Of a stretch of DNA of 64,000 bases, positions 54,256 to 64,000 are shown in pieces. The notes under the pieces were generated by a model, which had not been told where the DNA came from, searched no databases, and saw nothing but the letters and a program-made list of their open reading frames with translations. The translations under genes were made by a program, and so were the position numbers. Numbering within the stretch: the stretch's first letter is position 1; every line of letters begins with the position of its first letter. Source of the stretch: Lama glama (taxonomy: Eukaryota); NCBI GenBank assembly GCA_028534125.1, contig CM052816.1, forward strand, positions 14,882,001 to 14,946,000. Direction: 5' to 3'.

Positions 54256-55461
54256 TATAATTATATATATAATTATATATATGGCCCTGCTACTTATATA
54301 TATTACTTTATAATATAATTATATATTATATATATATAAAATCCAAAAGATCTCATCTCTATCAACTACTCAGTGTGTATGCCTAATACAAATGGTGTAC
54401 ACCTGAGACACCCTGGCTTTTTCTCAAGAAAAAGAATATGCTTTCTTAATAGTAAATCTCCTAATTTTAGCATCTTTTATAACCTAATTAAGCTTAGAAT
54501 TTCTCAAATCATCATATTCTGGTTCCTTTTTGCTTAACAGTCTATCTCATTCCTTTCACATTCTACTATAAGCAGCAAGAAGAAACCAGGCTGCACTTCA
54601 ACCCATGCCTGGAAATTTCCTCAGCTAAATATCCAAGTTCACTGTTTACAAGTCCTCCCCCCCCACCATATTTCCCCTGCAGGACACAATTCAGCTAAAT
54701 TTTCTACCATTATATAGCAAAGATTCCCTTTCCTTCAGTTTCTAATAACATTTTCCTCATTTCTTTCGGAACCCTCATCAGCAGTGACTTTAACATCCAT
54801 TTTTCTACTAAGTCTCTTTACGCTTTGATTTAGGTATTCTATAAGGCAATATATTTTCTCTACCATGCTCCTTATTTCCTTCTGAGTCTTCACTAGCAGA
54901 GTTGCTAACATCTGTATTTCAACTGTGTGTCCAAAGCAATCTACGCTTTTTGTAACATGCTCTTCAGAATTCTTCCAGTCTATGCCTACTACCCACTTCC
55001 AGAGCAATTTTGACATTTTTAGTTATTTTTTACAGAAGCACTCCAATTCCAGGTACCAAAATCTGTATTAGTCAGGGTTCAATCAGTCAGCAGGAGATAA
55101 ATATATGAAGAGATTTATTCCAAGAAAGTGACTTACAAGGTTGTAGGAGCTGGCTGGCTAAGTCCAAAATCTGTAGAGCAGGCAATTAGAAAGGGCCAGC
55201 TGGAAGTCTGGGGCATGAGCTGAAGCTGCTGCCCATAGTCGGAATTTCTTCATCTCAGGGAAGAGTCAGTTCCGTTTTTAAGGCCTTTCAACAAGGCCCA
55301 CCCGGATCACCTACGATATTCTCTCTAGTTTAAGACTAGCTGATCAGCAACCTTAATTCCTCTGAACCTTAACTCCCATTTGCAATACAACATGGCATAT
55401 TCACAGGTTCCAGACATTAGGATGCTGATGTCTTTAGGGGGCAATTGCTCTGCCTACCACA
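53691..55461 (-). mobile_element. MaLR complex (MLT1-like LTR pieces, internal sequence, nested LTR fragment)
   Basis: ttgctgctgtaacaaattactacaaacttagtggcttaaaa; LTR-like ends at about 54170 and 55461. Confidence 0.65.
54218..54340. repeat. (TA)n / AT-only low-complexity tract
   Basis: Direct reading. Confidence 0.9.
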
Positions 55462-56484
55462 GCATTCTATAGTATCCACAAAGTTATGAGGCTCCTGGAG
55501 ATAGACAAGTCCAGACAACAGAGCTGATTACTTCTTCAAGTATTCAATCCCTTCACCAACATATCCTTTAGTAAGTTTTCTTTAGTTAGTATTAATTCTA
55601 CAATGTATTTTCTTTCAAATTCCTTATCAACCAGAACAACGTCACCCATAGGCAAGTAGATTGGCATGCTGTGTCATCAAAAGCTCCTCTAGGCCCAGAA
55701 TTTGGAACCTGCTTGAGAATCTATCTGCAATATAGCAAGGGACATTGCAGGCAACATATTACTTGGTCCTTTAGAGTATATAAAAACACCTTAGACACAG
55801 TCAATCTGAGTATCATTAAATCTGTCTAGAACTCTTATCAGGATCATAACTTCGTAAGTTACGATATAAGGAAGAACCCATAAGTCTTTTCAACATTAAC
55901 TTAGATAAGAAAGAATAGATGACAGTTATATTTTCATGAGACGGCATATGTATTTTAGAGCAAAAGTCTAATGATTTACAAGCTTAATTTTGAAATAAGC
56001 AGCACAGAATTATACATGTTGCTGCCTAATAGTAAAATAAAAATCCAAACAAAGCTTAGAAGAAATTGGATATAGGTAAACATAAATTGATTCCACCCCC
56101 AAAGAGAAAAGAGGTTATAGAAAAGTCATAGCTGCGTAGATAATAAAAACTAACAAGGAATCAGATATTATTAGGTGGTGTCATATAGTGAGAAATTAGT
56201 TTTAAAAGTAAAATTATGTTTGTACTGAGAGGTTAACTTTCATATTATCCTTTAGGAATAAGTACTAAACCTTAATCAGGAATACGAAATTTCCTGATGT
56301 AAAATTTTTTACTAACACAATAATTGGAAAAAAATTACACAGCAACAAGGCCAACAAAACAATGAGTAACGTTACTAAGGAAAATATTAGAGAAGAACGA
56401 AAATAAGAATTAAACATTATTACAGGCTGAAAAAAGAAAGGGAAAAGTGAAGGAGACAAAGCTAATGTATACAGTGGGGAAGTT

Positions 56485-58793
<2,309 letters not shown>

Positions 58794-58984
58794 TCAGCTC
58801 GGGCTCACGTTGTCGTTGATCTACCTCCCAGTATCACGCAGTTACTGGGATAAGTGGAGATGCCTAGGGCCTTGATTTCCCCGAGCGACAGCCTTAGAAA
58901 GCCCCCTTCCTGCTTGCTCCTTTAAACAAGCATCTGGCTGAAGGAGCGCAGGCTGGTAGCTTTCTTCCTTCTACTTCTAATGCT

Positions 58985-59003
58985 GCAGCGCCACCCCGCG
59001 TCT
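58985..59003 (-). promoter_or_regulatory. CSE/CTCF element of the PCDHB gene
   Basis: GCAGCGCCACCCCGCGTCT, 219 bp upstream of the ATG. Confidence 0.8.
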
Positions 59004-60289
59004 TTTCTGAGTGTTTATTTTCTCCAAAACATTAAGGAAATCCCACTCCTTTATTTCAGACTGATGGCAGTCTAAACGGAATATTTTCAAATAGGGTCTC
59101 CCAATGTACTGAAGTAACAGTAATTCCATAATATTATCTAAAATCCAGTCCCTATGAAATTTTATTAATTACACTTCCATTATCTTCCCTGATTTTCTTC
59201 AATTTAAACAAGAATTCATATTTACTCTTGAGTTCCTTTTACAAACGCACTTATTTTCTTAACCACTTGTTATAAGCAGTGTCTTAGAAAATTTGTTTTT
59301 TAACCAAGTTTCATGATTCTGTTGGGTGTTACCTCTCTTTGTTCTAAAATAATCCCCTGTATTTTATTGATACTGAATTTTTTGTAATGTCCAGACCAGT
59401 TTTCTTGTAAGTAAGATCAACATACCTAAGGCATCAGTACACCATTGTTTAGAGCAATAAAACAACAATGATAATATTCAGAAAGGGGATGTTTTCCTCT
59501 GCTTTTTACCCAGAGCTCAAAAGCATGAATGCCAAGGGTGATAGCTGTCTCCAAGTAATGCCTTGTTGTCAGCTTCAAAGAACCTAATTTCACTGGAGAT
59601 AAAAGTGATGTGATGGAGATGTATTTCTCATCTCTCTGTCCTGCATTAGGTTGGTGGAATATGGAATTTTCTTTTTACATTCAGTGGAAAGAAAACTCTG
59701 GAAGGAAGGGCCAAGGCATTTTCTTTTTACTCCACAGTGCTGAGATAATCCTTAAAGAGGTGAAGTCTGTTTCTGGAAGTACTGTAGGATGAGCAGATAA
59801 GTGTCAGCATGACCAACTTTATGGAATTGTCATCCAATGGTATTGTCACAGCCAACATCTTCCACGTGAAGAAAAATATTTCTGAAACTGTTTCTGCTGT
59901 AAATTGCCTTGCCACATAGCCATGAAATTGCCTGGTAATTTTCTTGCAGTGGATGTTTATAATGCAAAGATACGTGTGATACTTAAAATGTTTGGTGGGT
60001 ACTCTGCAGAGGCTAGAGAATTCAATGAGCCTGGAGAATTTGGTGACCTTTCCTTAATTTTCTGAGACTAAATCTTTAGCAGACTTTGACAGTGAGGTTG
60101 CTGAAAAGAACACATCTCAAAGGTTGTCACTGATTGTCACAATTTGGACCTTAAGAGGTTCCAAACTACTTTGATACCTACCATTCCTTTCTGTGAAATT
60201 AAACTTACCTTGGGTTGTTCTTCATCCAGTGATTTTTCCCCCTCACAAATGAACAAATTACTTACCCCACTATTGCATCAAACATTACT

Positions 60290-60778
60290 GTGAAAATGGA
60301 AATTGAACTCCCAGTATGCTTTCCAGTGATGGAAAACACCCAAATCTCATGCATGTTCCTGTGCACATTCCAGAACATTTAGAAGAATTTTTCAAAGGGG
60401 GAACATCTCAGATTCATAGATTTTTCTCAGAAAACAAAAAAGAAGTTTATGGGTAACACTTGGAAATGCATAATTTCTATAGCTCTGACTTCCTATTTGG
60501 AAGTAAAGGCTATTCTGTGAGTGGATCTAAAATATTCCCTGATCTCTTAATAAGAACCTTTGCTCACGAATCTTTGGTCTCTTTGGAAACAACCTTACAC
60601 GGATTTGTCCTCCCGCTGCTAAGGACACACTCCCCTTACCACTGCCAACGCCAAATCTCCAGAAACTGGCTATAAGAAGCAGGTTTCCTTTTCCTGGGCT
60701 GCCTGCACTACGCCCAGAAGGAAAAGGAAAACTCACCAGTTGCCTTTTTCTGCCAGATTTTCTCTCGGTTTCTGACAT
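60290..60778 (-). pseudogene. Beta-type protocadherin relic (signal peptide to EC2 fragment)
   Basis: MSETERK...KRQLVSF, KVVSKE, MHFQVLPIN, ILLNVLE-like pieces; CSE 224 bp upstream. Confidence 0.7.
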
Positions 60779-61001
60779 AGCCTCCTTGCGTTGTCTTTAA
60801 TAAAAGAAGCCTTCCGAAGTCTTCCAAGAGGGATAACATCAGTTTATGTCTAGACCCCACTCGTTTGAAAAAAGGTCTAACATCTGAATTCGGTGCCGCT
60901 GTTTTCCAAGCCGTGTGCATCCCCAGTACCTTTCAGATTTTGTCTTTTCTAAAATGGAGTCAGTCTGCAGCAAATGCAGGGCCCCTCCTACTTTTTAGCC
61001 T

Positions 61002-61020
61002 GTAGCGCCGTCAAGCGTCC
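61002..61020 (-). promoter_or_regulatory. CSE-like element of the beta relic
   Basis: GTAGCGCCGTCAAGCGTCC. Confidence 0.7.
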
Positions 61021-62269
61021 GAACTGAAACCCTGGTATGTACAGCGCTTTCCCTCAGAAACTGTCAAAATCTGTTTCAGTCATGTCATCTAGTGGCACAA
61101 TTCTTACGTCCTGATACTTCAAATTACTTCTCTGATTTTTGGTTTAGCTAGTTACAACTGTTAGTAAGTATCTGGCTTTATTATCAGTCATCTGTACAAT
61201 TTCTTTTGAGAGTAACTTGAACTTGATTTCTTCCATTTCACACAGGCCAGTCATTTCACTGTACATCTATTGAATTTTTGTAATTCATCAGCAGGTGTTT
61301 ATTACACACAGATTAATTTTGGGCATTGTGAAAGGCATTAGGGATATAAAATTGAATAAAACCTAGTATCTGCGCCCCAAGATGTCACAGACTAGAAGGA
61401 TGACACAAGTAAAGCGACAGTTTCTGTAGTGAGTGGTAAGTGCTCAGATGAGATTTGCACAGGCACATGCAGTACTCAAACAGATATTTAAGAAAAGAAA
61501 TGGCATTATCAGGAAAGGTTCCCAGAGGAGGAAGCTTGGGCTAAGTTGAATTTTATGGTGCCAGCTTAAACACAAATCCATTGAAACGATTTTCTACTAC
61601 AGATAAAGTATTTCTGATTTTACAGGAAATAAGATTTTCTCAAATGATGGGAAGCTCTTGTGGGATGCAGTATTTTACTAAGTCATTCAACAACACAGAC
61701 CATTCTATGAAGTATTGGAGGGTGACAACTAACTAAAAGACTAGGGCTGGGCCCTTTTTTTCTATTTGAATTTGGCTCATCTATCTAATACTCAATTTAA
61801 AGAGAGTCCTGTAGCTTGAGTATGAGCATGTGTGAATGGTTTGTTCTGTTAACAGTATTTTAGGAGATATTTTTGAATGGTGATTAAGAGCATAGATTTT
61901 TTTGTCAGGAAGATTCGTATTTCAGCCCAGGCTTTGTTACATCATATATGTTAAGTTAGGAAAACTATTTCCTCCTCCAGACTTCAGTTTTTTTTTTTTT
62001 TGGAAAGCAAGAAGTAAAACTATATTCACAGATCAGACTTCAGTTTTAAGTTTCCTCATCTGAAAAAAAAAATATACCGATGGTATCTACTTCATGAAGT
62101 TGCAATAATTAAGTGAAACAATGCTTATGAAATGTTCAGCCTAGTGCTTAGGACATCATAGTGTTTTATGAATGGTATTTTAAGTAGCGATACACTGAAA
62201 GCAAGAACTTATCTACACAGTCCTTTTTACTCCTACAAACAAATGTAAGTCTAAATGACTCCTAAAAGA

Positions 62270-62535
62270 GAACCCTTGTACATTGTTGGTGAGAATGTAA
62301 ATTGGTGCAACCAGTATGGAAGACAGTATACAGGTTTCTCAAAAAATTAAAAATAGAATTATCATATGATCCAGCAATTACATGTCTGGATATATACCCG
62401 AAGGAAATGAAACTACTATCTCAAAGAGATATTTGTACCCCCATGTTCATTATAGCATTATTCACAATAGCTAAGATGTGGAAAAAAACCTAAGTGTCCA
62501 TTAGCATATGAATGGATGAAGAAAATGTGATATCT
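62270..62535 (+). mobile_element. L1 3' fragment followed by (CA)n(CT)n
   Basis: [26 protein letters not shown]2 C-terminal text. Confidence 0.8.
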
Positions 62536-62558
62536 GTCTCATAACACACACACACACA

Positions 62559-62591
<33 letters not shown>

Positions 62592-62714
62592 GGGATTAGC
62601 AGATACACACTACTGTATATAAAATGATATGGAATATCAGGAAAACAATGTGTTAACTAATCTTATTGTGGTAAACATTTTGCACCTGAAAGGGGAGCAA
62701 CAGAGTAGTGACCC

Positions 62715-62989
62715 AAGCAAGGTGGTTTCCAAAGAAATCAAAGAATATCTTAGATCCAACCACAGAAGAGCCTTTGCTCTCAAATAGGAAGCCAGATGCA
62801 TAGAAGCTTGACATTTCCAAGTATTACTTGTAGACTTCTTTTTTGTTTTCTGAGAAAAATCTATGTATCTGAGATGTTCCGCCTTTGAAAATTTCTTCTT
62901 AAAATTCCAGAATGTACATGGGGATGTGCATAAGATTTGGCTAAATTTTCCATCACTGGATACTACACAGTCAGTTCAATTTCCACTTT
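62715..62989 (+). pseudogene. Inverted partial copy of the beta relic
   Basis: Aligns by eye with the reverse complement of about 60293-60598, e.g. shared acttcttttttgttttctgagaaaaatctatg and atctgagatgttcc. Confidence 0.85.
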
Positions 62990-63039
62990 GTTGTTGTTGT
63001 TGCTATGGTGACATTAAAGCTCTACTCTCATAGTAACTT

Positions 63040-63487
63040 TTTTTAAAAAACTGAAGTATAGTTAATTTACAGTATTGTGTTTCAGGTGTGCAGCAAAGTG
63101 ATTCAGACATATATATAGACATATATGTACATACATAATATTTTTCAGATTCATTTCTATTATAGGTTTTTACAAGATATTGAATATAGCTCACTGTGTC
63201 ATACAGTAAATCTTTGCTGTTTATCTGTTCTATATATGGTAGTATGTATCTGTTACTCTTAATCCCTACCCCCTTCTCCTTTAGTAACCATAAGTTTGTT
63301 TTCTATTTCTGTGAGTCTGGTTCTGATTTGTAAGTTTATTTGGATTTTTTTTAGATTCCACATATAAGTGATATATAATACTTGTCTTTCTCTGTCTGAC
63401 TTACTCATTTAGTATGATAACCTCCAGGTCCATCCATGTTGCTGCAAATGGCAATATGTCATCCTTTTTATGGCTGAGTAATATTCC

Positions 63488-63534
<47 letters not shown>

Positions 63535-64000
63535 TTTCTTGTCTGGTTGCTGTGGCTCACAGCAGTTTTTAAGTGTATCACATGGTATTGTTAACTACAG
63601 TCAAGATCTTCTTTATCCAGTCATCTGATGGACAGTTAGTTTGTTTCCATGTCTTGGCTATTGTAAATACTGCTGGCTGTGTTGCTTTTGGAGCACCTGG
63701 TATCTTTTCAAATTATTAGAGTTTTCGTCTTTTCCAGATATATGCCCAGGAATGAGACTGCTGGATCATATGGTAGCTCTATTTTTAGTTTCTGATGGAA
63801 CCTCCAAAATGTTTTCCGTAATGGCTGCACCAATTTACATTCCCACCAACAGTGTACAAGGGTTTCCTTTTTTTCTATACCTTGTCCAGTATTTATTATT
63901 TTTTTGATAATGGCCATTCTGACTGGTCAGAGGTGATACTTAATTTTAGTTTTCATTTGCATTTCTCTGCTAATTAGCGATGTTGAGCATCTTTTCATGT
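63040..64000 (-). mobile_element. L1 3' end containing a (TG)n tract; continues past the window
   Basis: HCWWECKLVQPL...KIELPYDPA on minus; (TG)n at 63490-63532. Confidence 0.85.

Noticed and set aside
59600..60280. Continuation of the beta relic or another gene fragment
   Set aside because: No convincing cadherin motifs in order on either strand

Overview
Mammalian DNA, probably camelid (Vic-1-like tRNA-derived SINEs), covering the junction of the clustered protocadherin beta and gamma arrays. Protocadherins lie on the minus strand: partial PCDHGA2, the complete PCDHGA1 variable exon, and a PCDHB gene split by a 500-N gap whose 5' part looks like PCDHB2 and whose 3' tail looks more like PCDHB15. 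The retrogenes TAF7 and SLC25A2 lie on the plus strand. Between the clusters I read four decayed protocadherin variable exons. Two of them, each with an intact CSE/CTCF promoter element, form the CpG-island promoter regions of TAF7 and SLC25A2 in antisense geometry, which suggests both retrogenes captured dead Pcdh promoters. Also present: a beta-type relic with an inverted partial copy, a degenerate C2H2-ZNF array, ERVL/MaLR elements, L1, L2, MIR and DNA-transposon fossils. Orthology and repeat-family calls come from remembered sequences, not from searches.
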